Below, one piece after another: positions 1 through 8,680 of a stretch of 43,760 bases of DNA. Each line of letters opens with the position of its first letter. Positions within the stretch are counted from its first letter, which is position 1. The translations under genes were made by a program, and so were the position numbers. The notes beneath the pieces were generated by a model. The model saw only the letters and a program-made list of their open reading frames with translations. It did not search any database and had not been told where the DNA came from. Where the stretch lies: sequence record DRR723986_9138. One strand, written 5' to 3'.

Positions 1-2
1 CG

Positions 3-3000
3 CCGGATCCCGTTCCCGCTGCAGAGCCTGTTCCCACGCCGGAAGCAATTTCCGCAGATGAAGCGACACCGGAGCCAGAGCTAAACCCGACGCCAATTGA
101 GGAAGCAACTCCCAGGTCTAAGCCGCCCGTTCCAGCAGAGCCTGAGCCAACCCCAGCAGTAGAGCGCAAGAGTAGTGCACCCGCAACTGTACCGGAGACT
201 GAAGCAATTCCGGAGTCAAGGCAAGTGGAGTCCCCAGACACGCCCAAAACGGGCAATGCGCAATTGGACAGCCTCCGCAGCGACCTGATCAGGCAGAGAA
301 CTTCAAACCGCCTCCTGCAGCAGGAGATGAACGAACTACGCCGCCGAGTGACGCTGCAGCCAAAACTGCAGGACTCGGTGACAGCCCTGCGCCGCAATAA
401 TGATAGCCTTGCCGCTGAGAACAAGATTCTGGATGCCATGAACTGGGAATCGGCCGAAAAAGTGCGCGCCCTGATGGTAAGTGAAGGTGAGACGGACAAG
501 ATCCGGCGTATCAATGACTCCCTGTTCTTCAGAGTGCAGGAGTTGGAAAAACGCTCCGCGAATACCGTCAATATTGATTCACTCAACGCTGAAATCATTG
601 GACTGCGTGAGTCAAATGACAGGCTGCAGCGGCGCACCTATATTATTGGCAGGCTGCAGAACGAGCGCGACTCGCTTGCGGGCCTGACGGAAGATTTACA
701 GGTAACTCTGCGCAGGCGTACATCCACACTTGCGCGCACAACGGAAAAGGATGAAATCACGCGTGACACTCTACGCGCACAGCTAAAACAAGCACGTGTA
801 CGCGAAGGCACTTTGCGTGACAGTATCGAGTATTATCAAGGTGTAATCACCTCCCAGAATGGACAGCTTAACGAACTGCGCCGCGCGCAGGCCGCTGCTT
901 TGGCAGATGGGACGTCTGATTCTGATGCCGCTGCCGGGCCGGATAACTCCGCTGCAGCGGCACGCGACTCTCTGCAGCTTGTAGCCGACAGCACGGCGAA
1001 GCTCAGCCGCAAACTAACGAATCAACTGCTGGCGCGTGAGGCGCGTTTGCAGCTCTCAGAGCAAAACAACAAAACGCTGCGAGACAGCGTTGCGCTGCTG
1101 CGCGATACTCTACAGGCTCGCCTGGCGCGTCTTGAAGCGGAGGCTGCCAAACCTGCTGTGGTCGCAGAGACGCCGGCGGCGGACAGGAACAGCTCAATGA
1201 CGGCAGACCTACGCCAAAAGCTGCAGGCCTCGGAGAGTCAGGTCAGAGAACTTGAGCTCAATGTAAGAGAGCTTAATACGCGAATTGAACTGGCCGACAA
1301 AAATCTGCAAGCAGAGCGTGCAAGTCTTGCGGCAGACAAGCAAGAATTAAAGGCCTCCCAGGAGCGTACGGCTGAACTTGAATCGATTGTTTTAGCTCTG
1401 GATGCCAAACTGGCGTCTATCGAAAATGCGCAAGCCCTGGAGAAAGCCCGCCGGGCAGAGGCAGCGCTGGACAATGCCAAAAACTCGCAGACGGCCGACT
1501 CGCTGGCCCGCAGTGTTCAGGCACGTGAGCTGGAAAGTCGCATAGAAAAATTGCGGCTGGAGCTGGAGACGGCGGAGAGCAGCGCCAAGCGTGCTGACGC
1601 CAAGGCCAAAGAGCTGGAGCAGGATCTCAGCCAAGCCCAAAGCGAAAATAGTCAGTTAACAGAACGGATTGCCGGTTTAACACAAAACAGCGGGCAGCTC
1701 GAATCCCTACAGTCAAAAGCCGATTCGCTGACAGATGTTAATGCGGCGCTCTCCGGCCGCAATCAGGTGCTGGAGGAGTCGATGCGCAGCGCCCGGCGCC
1801 GTAGTGACTCGCTTCTGGCATTAAACAGACAGCCGCAGGGTAGCTCAACTACTTCTGACTCACTGTTCCAGATTGTCGAGACTTTAAGCCGCAGCAACAG
1901 TCGTTTGCGGTCCGAAGTTGAGCAGGGAGCCGCTCAGAAAAAAGAATTGACGAACCGCAACCTGGCACTGCGTGATACCATGGAGTTGCTGCGCCGCGAG
2001 AGCATCGCTGCTGCCGCGCGTTTAAGTGGGCGCCTGGATAGTCTCGCGGATGCCAAGGACTCGCAGCAGTCGCTTGTTAAACAACTGCAAGATTCACTAT
2101 CGGCAGTCAAAGCCGAACAGCTTGGTATGCAGACAGCGCAGACGCAGCTTTCGCGCGATAAGCTACAACTGGAGGATCAGCTGCGTGCCGCGCAGACTGA
2201 ACTCGCGTCTTTAAAGACTGCCAAATCTACATCCGATGAGGCTCTAAGTGCGAATGCGGCTGACGGCTCAGAGCTAGACAGTCTGTCGGCTGATCTGCGC
2301 CGTCACAAATCACGGGCCGCCACGCTGGAGAGAATTGTGACGGACTCCAAGGCCGAAATTGATCAACTTAACAATGAAAAGACCGAAGTCAGCCAGGCTC
2401 TTGAGCGCCAGGTGGCGTTAACAAGTGCGCAGGCACGCCGCAGTGATTCGCTCGCAACTTTGCTGGCCGGGCGTCCCGCATTAAACAACTCTACGGCAGT
2501 GCCGGATAACTCCAGCGACGCCAACGCCGTCACCAACGCTATGCAGGCAGCCAAACAGCGCAGTGATTCGCTTGCAGGCGAACTGGCGGATTCGCAGCAG
2601 ATGCGTGCTCAGGCCGAGGCGCGTGCGCAGGATTTGTTTAAGAAGTTGCAAACACTTCAGAATCGCAAAGTTGGTCCGGCTGTGGCTTATGACTCTTTGC
2701 GGACGGTGATGTCTGACTCTCTTACAGGTGTCATCGCCGAGCGTGACAGACTCAAGACTTCACTCGCAGACATGCGCGGTCAGGTTGAGTTTCTTAACGC
2801 TGCGTCAAAGTCCGATGCCAGTTTAACTGACCGGCTTGCGTATGTGGCTGTTGGCACTGAGCGCGAATTGCGTGAACGCGGTGTAATTATTGGGCGTGGC
2901 GCGAACATGCGCCTGGTGGAACCGCTCGACCCGGGCGATTTCCGGATTGCGCGGCGTAACGCCAAATTTGTGGAACTCTCCGGCCGACCGCTGGCAGCTG

Positions 3001-3146
3001 ATAAAATGAAGCTGTTAACACATCCCAATGCGCGTTATCGCGTAAGTTATCACCCGACGGGTGAAGCAACTGCTACACTGTTAACTCTGGCGAATCCAGA
3101 GCAATTCTGGCAGTCGTCTGAGTTTCTGGTGGTTTTACTGCGCTGA
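3..3146 (+). CDS. Long coiled-coil surface protein with Pro/Glu-rich linker and Cbp1-like (Bacteroides collagen-binding adhesin family) C-terminal domain; 5'-truncated by window
   Basis: The frame of the 225..3146 ORF is open back to base 3 (PDPVPAAEPVPTPEAIS...), so the true start lies upstream of the window. About 850 aa are heptad-like and A/L/Q/R/E-rich. The C-terminus YVAVGTERELRERGVI...KLLTHP...NPEQFWQSSEFLVV resembles, from memory, the conserved tail of Bacteroidota Cbp1-type coiled-coil proteins. Confidence 0.7.
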   Translation, partial: PDPVPAAEPVPTPEAISADEATPEPELNPTPIEEATPRSKPPVPAEPEPTPAVERKSSAPATVPETEAIPESRQVESPDTPKTGNAQLDSLRSDLIRQRTSNRLLQQEMNELRRRVTLQPKLQDSVTALRRNNDSLAAENKILDAMNWESAEKVRALMVSEGETDKIRRINDSLFFRVQELEKRSANTVNIDSLNAEIIGLRESNDRLQRRTYIIGRLQNERDSLAGLTEDLQVTLRRRTSTLARTTEKDEITRDTLRAQLKQARVREGTLRDSIEYYQGVITSQNGQLNELRRAQAAALADGTSDSDAAAGPDNSAAAARDSLQLVADSTAKLSRKLTNQLLAREARLQLSEQNNKTLRDSVALLRDTLQARLARLEAEAAKPAVVAETPAADRNSSMTADLRQKLQASESQVRELELNVRELNTRIELADKNLQAERASLAADKQELKASQERTAELESIVLALDAKLASIENAQALEKARRAEAALDNAKNSQTADSLARSVQARELESRIEKLRLELETAESSAKRADAKAKELEQDLSQAQSENSQLTERIAGLTQNSGQLESLQSKADSLTDVNAALSGRNQVLEESMRSARRRSDSLLALNRQPQGSSTTSDSLFQIVETLSRSNSRLRSEVEQGAAQKKELTNRNLALRDTMELLRRESIAAAARLSGRLDSLADAKDSQQSLVKQLQDSLSAVKAEQLGMQTAQTQLSRDKLQLEDQLRAAQTELASLKTAKSTSDEALSANAADGSELDSLSADLRRHKSRAATLERIVTDSKAEIDQLNNEKTEVSQALERQVALTSAQARRSDSLATLLAGRPALNNSTAVPDNSSDANAVTNAMQAAKQRSDSLAGELADSQQMRAQAEARAQDLFKKLQTLQNRKVGPAVAYDSLRTVMSDSLTGVIAERDRLKTSLADMRGQVEFLNAASKSDASLTDRLAYVAVGTERELRERGVIIGRGANMRLVEPLDPGDFRIARRNAKFVELSGRPLAADKMKLLTHPNARYRVSYHPTGEATATLLTLANPEQFWQSSEFLVVLLR

Positions 3147-3189
3147 TAACTTGTGTGCTTGTGATAGAATGTGTGTAGCCGTCAAGCGT

Positions 3190-4869
3190 TTAAGCACGGA
3201 ACTGCTGCGACTTCCACTCGGCAAACAAATGCCGTACTTTGGTGCGCTGATATTTTCCGGTTGATGTGACGGGCAATTCATCGCTAAACAAAATCACTTT
3301 GGGCTGTTTGCTGAATGGCAGGCGTTCGGCGCAAAAGGCGAGGACGTCTGCTTGCGTGACCGAGTCATTTTCTTTGATTACCAGCGCGCCGACTTCTTCG
3401 CCATAGAAGTCGTTGTCAAACCCCACGCAGATTCCGGCTTTCACGCCTGGGGCGGCACTCAACACTTCGTCGATTTCCAATGGGGCCAGGTTAACGCCGC
3501 CGCGGATAATTAACTCTTTGAGCCTTCCGGTTATGAAGTAAAATGCCTTGCCGCCGCTGTCGAGCTTGAAAAAACCTTCGTCGCCGCTGCGGAACCATTC
3601 GTGTTTAAACGTTTCGGTGTTGGCCTGCGGGTTGTTGTAGTATTCTTTCATGACATTACTTCCGCGAACAACAATTTCGCCGCGTTCCATTTCAGGCAGA
3701 GGGTTGCCTTCACCATCGTGAATCGCCATTTCATTGTTGGGCAGTGCCTGACCGATACTTGGGAAGCCGAAGTCATCGCGATAGCTGTTAAACTCTTGGT
3801 CCGTCAGGTTGACCGGCATGAAAGAAGAGTAACACGTTGTTTCGGAGAGTCCATACCCGTGAATGATGCGGATGTTAAACGTCGATTCAAACTTGCGTGC
3901 CAACTCACATGTTAAAGGGCCGGCTCCGCAGATAATATGGCGCAGGCCCGCCTCTTTGACTCCGCCGGCATCAGCACCTTTTTCGAGCAGGAATGCGAGC
4001 AGCGTCGGCACAACTGAGACGATGTTAACCTGCTCATCTCGAATGCTTGTGAAAAAGCCGGAACTGCTAAACTTGCGGTTGAGCACCACGGATGCACCGG
4101 CAAAGAAGGGCGTGAAATGTGTAACGATTGTGCCGTTTACATGGTGGATAGGAAGGACGCACATCATCCGTGTAGCAGAATCAATTCCATGCCATTCGGC
4201 AATGGCTTTTGCATCGGAAAAAAGATTGCGTTGCACCAGGACTACGCCTTTAGGGCTCCCAGTTGTGCCGCTGGTATAAACAATAAGTGCTTCCTGATCC
4301 AGTTGGCCGCCCAAAGGGAGTTCGATAGGAGCTGTGTTTTCTATGTTGACATGGAAGCCATTTTCAGTGTCCGTTTGATTGTAGACGGGCACAACTTGTA
4401 CCGCACTTGCCTGAGGCATGAGTGCGCTGATTCGGTCAAGGTATTCTTCGCGGCAAAAAATTACTTTGGCCTGAGAGTTTTCCAGGATATATGTTAAGCG
4501 CGCATCATCCTCACCCACGTTGAGTGGAACTACGCATAACCCCAATGACCAGGCGGCAAAGTATTGGACAATTGTGTCCGCGTGGTTGTGTGCCGCCGTG
4601 GCAATTCGGTCACCACTGTTTAAGCCCAGTGTGCGCATATATGCGGCAGTGTGGGCACACAAACGTTGAAACTCTGAATAGCTTAACTCAATTCGCAGGC
4701 CGTTTTCACCCTTGTAAATCAGGAATAGATCCTCCGATTGTGCGCGGCTGCGAGCATTGATTAATTCTGCAATTGACTGGAATGGAAATGTTACGTCGTG
4801 TGCTTCTACACCATAAGCACGTTGCGCTGCCGTAATACTGTCGCGGTAGTTATGCATCGTTGTCGTCAC
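3190..4869 (-). CDS. Acyl-CoA synthetase / AMP-binding enzyme (class I adenylate-forming)
   Basis: P-loop YTSGTTGSPKG, GYGLSET, WFRSGDEG, GRLKELIIRGG and LPVTSTGK motifs. Start is GTG 4869 or ATG 4857. Confidence 0.93.
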   Translation of the reverse strand: MTTTMHNYRDSITAAQRAYGVEAHDVTFPFQSIAELINARSRAQSEDLFLIYKGENGLRIELSYSEFQRLCAHTAAYMRTLGLNSGDRIATAAHNHADTIVQYFAAWSLGLCVVPLNVGEDDARLTYILENSQAKVIFCREEYLDRISALMPQASAVQVVPVYNQTDTENGFHVNIENTAPIELPLGGQLDQEALIVYTSGTTGSPKGVVLVQRNLFSDAKAIAEWHGIDSATRMMCVLPIHHVNGTIVTHFTPFFAGASVVLNRKFSSSGFFTSIRDEQVNIVSVVPTLLAFLLEKGADAGGVKEAGLRHIICGAGPLTCELARKFESTFNIRIIHGYGLSETTCYSSFMPVNLTDQEFNSYRDDFGFPSIGQALPNNEMAIHDGEGNPLPEMERGEIVVRGSNVMKEYYNNPQANTETFKHEWFRSGDEGFFKLDSGGKAFYFITGRLKELIIRGGVNLAPLEIDEVLSAAPGVKAGICVGFDNDFYGEEVGALVIKENDSVTQADVLAFCAERLPFSKQPKVILFSDELPVTSTGKYQRTKVRHLFAEWKSQQFRA

Positions 4870-4920
4870 TTAACGTTTTGTTGGAGACCCTACACGCGGC
4901 GAGCCCTTGCGCCACGACGA

Positions 4921-4928
4921 GCAAATTA
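4921..4928 (-). promoter_or_regulatory. Putative -7 promoter element (TAATTTGC) for the acyl-CoA synthetase
   Basis: Reverse complement of gcaaatta, about 50 nt upstream of the start. Similar octamers precede ltaE and the thioesterase. Confidence 0.4.
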
Positions 4929-4985
4929 GCCATTTTATAGCAAAAAGGAGTGAGATCCTGCGTGGGCCGCATGTAATTTCCAATC

Positions 4986-5016
4986 TTGCCAGTACCTGAC
5001 GATTGTGCTAGTTTGC
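4986..5016 (+). promoter_or_regulatory. Putative Bacteroidota-type housekeeping promoter for ltaE
   Basis: TTG (4986-4988), 20-nt spacer, TAGTTTGC (5009-5016), ending 28 nt before the ATG. Confidence 0.45.
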
Positions 5017-5044
5017 GGCTCCAATTTGAGACCAAAGGAAAACT

Positions 5045-6088
5045 ATGATTGATTTGCGCAGTGACACTCTAACTGTTCCTACACCTGAGATGCGCGCCTG
5101 CATGGCTGAAGCGCCTGTAGGCGATGACGTTTGGGGCGAAGACCCGACGGTGATAGAACTCCAGGACTACGGCGCTGAGCTTTTTGGCAAAGAGGCCGGA
5201 TTGTACGTGCCATCCGGTGTCATGGGGAATCAGTTGGCCTTGCGGGTTTTGTGTCGCGATGGTGACGAAGTTCTGATCGACTCGCAGGCGCACATTTTTT
5301 ACTACGAAGCCGCTGCTCCTGCAGTGATTTCGAGGGTGCAGCTGCGGCCGCTTGAGAGTGAGGGCGGCGTACTTGGGAATGAAGTGCTTGAGGCTGCGCG
5401 GCGTCCCGAGGATGTTCACTTTCCGCACACGCGGCTTTTGTGTCTGGAGAATACGCACAATCGCTATGGTGGCGTCGCAATTGGGCTTGAAGAGATTCAG
5501 CGCATGTCCAACTGGGCGAGGGAACGCGGAGTTAAAGTCCACTGTGACGGAGCGCGCATCTGGAATGCCTGTGTTGCCACGCAAGCGTCTCCGGCCGCAA
5601 TGGCAGCGCCGTTTGATACCTTGTCGGTGTGTTTATCAAAGGGCTTAGGAGCGCCGGTGGGGTCTTTGTTGCTCGGCTCACGAGCGGACATAGATGCGGC
5701 CGTAAAGTGGCGTAAAATACTTGGTGGTGGAATGCGCCAGGCTGGAATTATCGCCGCCGGTGGATTGTACGCGATGAAACAACACTTTGCCTTGTTAGGC
5801 GCCGATCACAAGCGCGCCCGGTTATTCGCAGATTCCGTCCAGGCAGCCACTGATGAAGGAGTGACCGTGAACTATTTGAGCGGCAAAGCACAGGCCTCAA
5901 CGAATATTGTGCTACTAAAACATGACGGCCGTAAATCGAGCCAGGAAATCCTGCAGTACTGTAGCGAACGCGAAGTTTTGCTTTCGGACATGGGCGGCAA
6001 TACCTTGCGCGCAGTTTTTCATTTTCAAGTCAGTGACTCGGGCGGTCAAACGGCCGCCGAGGTGATTACGGCCGCGTTCAGCGGCTAG
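5045..6088 (+). CDS. ltaE: Low-specificity L-threonine aldolase (PLP-dependent)
   Basis: [48 protein letters not shown] (PLP lysine), GGGMRQAG. Confidence 0.95.
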   Translation: MIDLRSDTLTVPTPEMRACMAEAPVGDDVWGEDPTVIELQDYGAELFGKEAGLYVPSGVMGNQLALRVLCRDGDEVLIDSQAHIFYYEAAAPAVISRVQLRPLESEGGVLGNEVLEAARRPEDVHFPHTRLLCLENTHNRYGGVAIGLEEIQRMSNWARERGVKVHCDGARIWNACVATQASPAAMAAPFDTLSVCLSKGLGAPVGSLLLGSRADIDAAVKWRKILGGGMRQAGIIAAGGLYAMKQHFALLGADHKRARLFADSVQAATDEGVTVNYLSGKAQASTNIVLLKHDGRKSSQEILQYCSEREVLLSDMGGNTLRAVFHFQVSDSGGQTAAEVITAAFSG

Positions 6089-6176
6089 AGGACTGGTAGT
6101 GGCCGGAAAAACAGGAGCCGCCAAAACTGGGAGCTTGTGCACTGGGGTAAACTGTGGGTTTTTGAGCAGTTTTGCG

Positions 6177-6184
6177 TAATTTGC
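6177..6184 (+). promoter_or_regulatory. Putative -7 promoter element (TAATTTGC) for thioesterase-nagZ
   Basis: Octamer ends 43 nt upstream of ATG 6228 and is identical to the minus-strand element at 4921-4928. Confidence 0.4.
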
Positions 6185-6227
6185 GCGGGAATGAAGTAAG
6201 AACCACGGGCCGAAAATTGACGTCTAT

Positions 6228-6758
6228 ATGAATCAAAAGCCAGACCAGGGATTGCCGGATACAGCGTCCAAACAGACCGAGCCCCAGCCGACACCTGCCA
6301 ACACTGAAATGTTTCGCCATCAGTTTGGATCACGCGTCCGCAACTCGGACTGTGATAGGCAGGATATAGTTCATAATGCAGTGTATCTGTATTGGCTCGA
6401 AGCCGCTCGTGTTGAGTACTTTCGTGAGATAGGGCTGCCGATTGATCGGCGGACTTTTATCACAAAACATCATTTTGTTGTCGCTCATCTGGAAATCAAT
6501 TATCGTTGGGCAGCTCAGTTTGATGATGAGTACATCGTGCACACTCGGACCAGCTTCGTAAAGAACACGTCATTTGGCGTGGAGCAGGTCATCTGCCTTC
6601 CGGACAACAAAACCCTTCTCACAGCACAGGCTGTGCTGGTCAATCTGAATCCTGCAGACCAGCGTCCTCAACGCATTCCGGATTCATACCGCAAACTTGT
6701 AAAAGATTTTGAGGGTGCAACTGTAGAGATTAGCCAATGGGACAAGTACAACGCGTAG
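6228..6758 (+). CDS. Acyl-CoA thioesterase, hotdog fold (4HBT/YbgC-like)
   Basis: VRNSDCDRQDIVHNAVYLYWLEAARVEYF fits the D-x-D...V-x-N-x-x-Y...E-x-AR signature. Confidence 0.88.
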   Translation: MNQKPDQGLPDTASKQTEPQPTPANTEMFRHQFGSRVRNSDCDRQDIVHNAVYLYWLEAARVEYFREIGLPIDRRTFITKHHFVVAHLEINYRWAAQFDDEYIVHTRTSFVKNTSFGVEQVICLPDNKTLLTAQAVLVNLNPADQRPQRIPDSYRKLVKDFEGATVEISQWDKYNA

Positions 6759-8320
6759 GACGTATTCCACGTTCGTTAGCTATCAGGCGTATGGCCGCAC
6801 AATGTGTGATGGCCCGACTGAACGAAGCCGACTACTATCACAAGCCTGAAGTCCGTGAACGGATAACGTCTCTCGTAGAGAAAGATGGCTTAGGCGGTAT
6901 CTGTGTATTTGCAGGAAGCCTGACCGGGACAGCGAATATCATCGCCGACCTGCAACGCAAAGCCAAGATCCCCTTGATTGTGGCCGGCGACTTTGAGCAC
7001 GGCTTGCGTATGCGCCTTGACGAAGGAACGGCATTCCCACATGCATTGGCTCTTGGAAAGTCCGACCAACCTGAGTTGACCCAGAGTGTAGCGGAAGCGA
7101 TCGCTCGCGAAATGAATGTGGTTGGAATTCACTGGAATTTTGCGCCGGTGGTAGACATCTTCTCCAATCCGCTCAACCCTGTTATCAATATCCGTTCTTT
7201 TGGGGACACTGCTGAGTTGGTATCACGCCACGCACAAGTCTTTATTCGCGGCCTCCAGAATGAACGCGTGTTGGCTTGCGCCAAACATTTTCCTGGACAT
7301 GGAGATACGAGCGTGGACTCACACCTGGACCTGCCGGTTTTGACGCAGTCCAGTGATGAGTTGCGAAGCAGAGAATATGAGCCCTTCCGCCAGGCGATTG
7401 CTGCGGATGTGCGTTCGATTATGATTGGGCATCTGGCGGCTCCCGCGCTTGATCCATCGAATATTCCAGCGTCTCTGTCTCCGGTTATTGTGCAGCAAGA
7501 ACTGCGCGAAGGTCTGGGGTACAATGGGCTTATCGTGACGGATGCCCTCGATATGAAAGCAATCACAAAGTCGTATAACTCGGCTGAAGCAACCCTGGCT
7601 GCGATAAAGGCCGGCTCTGATATTGCTCTGTTGCCCGAAGACCCATTGGCTGCGATTGACGCACTGGAAGAAGCAATCCGTTCTGGTGAGATTCCAAGGC
7701 CCCGTGTGCAGGAGTCTGTAGATCGCATTTTAGAAGCCAAAAAATGGACCGGTGCAATCCGGCAGAGCGCAACAATCGGTGCGGATGATTTGCCGCAGCT
7801 CTCATTGGACAAGCATCGCGACATAGCACTGGAAGCATCAGCCGGAGCGCTGGAGTGGTATGGCCGCGACGAGAAGGTGGCGCCGCTGGATCAGTACGAT
7901 GTCATTGCTGGATTTGCCTTGGTTGAGGACAGTGATATACCGACTGCTACTAAATTCTTCCGTTACCTTTCGCAATGTTTTGAAAAAGATTGTCACTTCG
8001 CCTTTATCGATCATCGAATCCGAGAGGACGAAGTCGATTCGCTGCTTGCGGATTCGGCCGATGCTCGGGTCGTAATACTTCCGGTGTTTGTAAAAGCTGA
8101 AATAAAACAGAATGAAGTTCAGATTTCTGGCAGACTAAAGACTGTTGCCCGCAAGTTGGCGGGCCGCCGACCGACGGTGGCCGTGTTGTTTGGCAATCCG
8201 CACGTCCGGCATACAATCCCTGCAACAGCACATTTGTGTGCCTTTTCTGATGGTGAAGGAAGCCTGGCTGCTGCTGCCAGAGAGTTGACTACACGGAATC
8301 AAACACCAGCTCCAGAGTAG
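6737..8320 (+). CDS. nagZ: GH3 beta-N-acetylglucosaminidase (two-domain NagZ type)
   Basis: NFAPVVDI, NPVINIRSFG, KHFPGHGDTSVDSH (NagZ catalytic D-x-H loop), TDALDM nucleophile. No obvious signal peptide. Overlaps the thioesterase by 22 nt (alternative ATG 6791). Confidence 0.88.
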   Translation: MGQVQRVGRIPRSLAIRRMAAQCVMARLNEADYYHKPEVRERITSLVEKDGLGGICVFAGSLTGTANIIADLQRKAKIPLIVAGDFEHGLRMRLDEGTAFPHALALGKSDQPELTQSVAEAIAREMNVVGIHWNFAPVVDIFSNPLNPVINIRSFGDTAELVSRHAQVFIRGLQNERVLACAKHFPGHGDTSVDSHLDLPVLTQSSDELRSREYEPFRQAIAADVRSIMIGHLAAPALDPSNIPASLSPVIVQQELREGLGYNGLIVTDALDMKAITKSYNSAEATLAAIKAGSDIALLPEDPLAAIDALEEAIRSGEIPRPRVQESVDRILEAKKWTGAIRQSATIGADDLPQLSLDKHRDIALEASAGALEWYGRDEKVAPLDQYDVIAGFALVEDSDIPTATKFFRYLSQCFEKDCHFAFIDHRIREDEVDSLLADSADARVVILPVFVKAEIKQNEVQISGRLKTVARKLAGRRPTVAVLFGNPHVRHTIPATAHLCAFSDGEGSLAAAARELTTRNQTPAPE

Positions 8321-8481
8321 TAGCTTGAAACTCACAGCAATGATCCGGCATTAATTGTAATCAATGGCAGCGGGGCATGCGCACTTGCTCCGTTTGGAAT
8401 GTGTATGGGCTCTCTTGTAAGTGTTTGTTAGGTAAGGGGTTACAGCGACACCACCGCTTTTGGAAAATCTGAAAAGTCAAG

Positions 8482-8530
8482 ATTACGTATTTCTACGGAT
8501 TGATAAAACCACCGTTTAGAGAGATTTTTG
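8482..8530 (+). promoter_or_regulatory. Operator box 1 (ATTACGTATTTCTACGGATTGA) plus downstream -7-like GATTTTTG
   Basis: The 22-mer at 8482-8503 is 20/22 identical to 25707-25728 and is an imperfect inverted repeat. Its TTG lies about 20 nt before an nAnnTTTG element (8523-8530). Confidence 0.7.
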
Positions 8531-8680
8531 TATGCGGAAAATACGTCAATGCCCTGGTTCCATTGTTGAACAGAGTTTTGATGTTCTTTTTGCGGCAATG
8601 TGATCTGAGCAACAAAAGTTGTTAGGCAAGTTCGACCGGCGCAGACAATGCAATGGCCAACAATCATCTGGAATTTGAGC

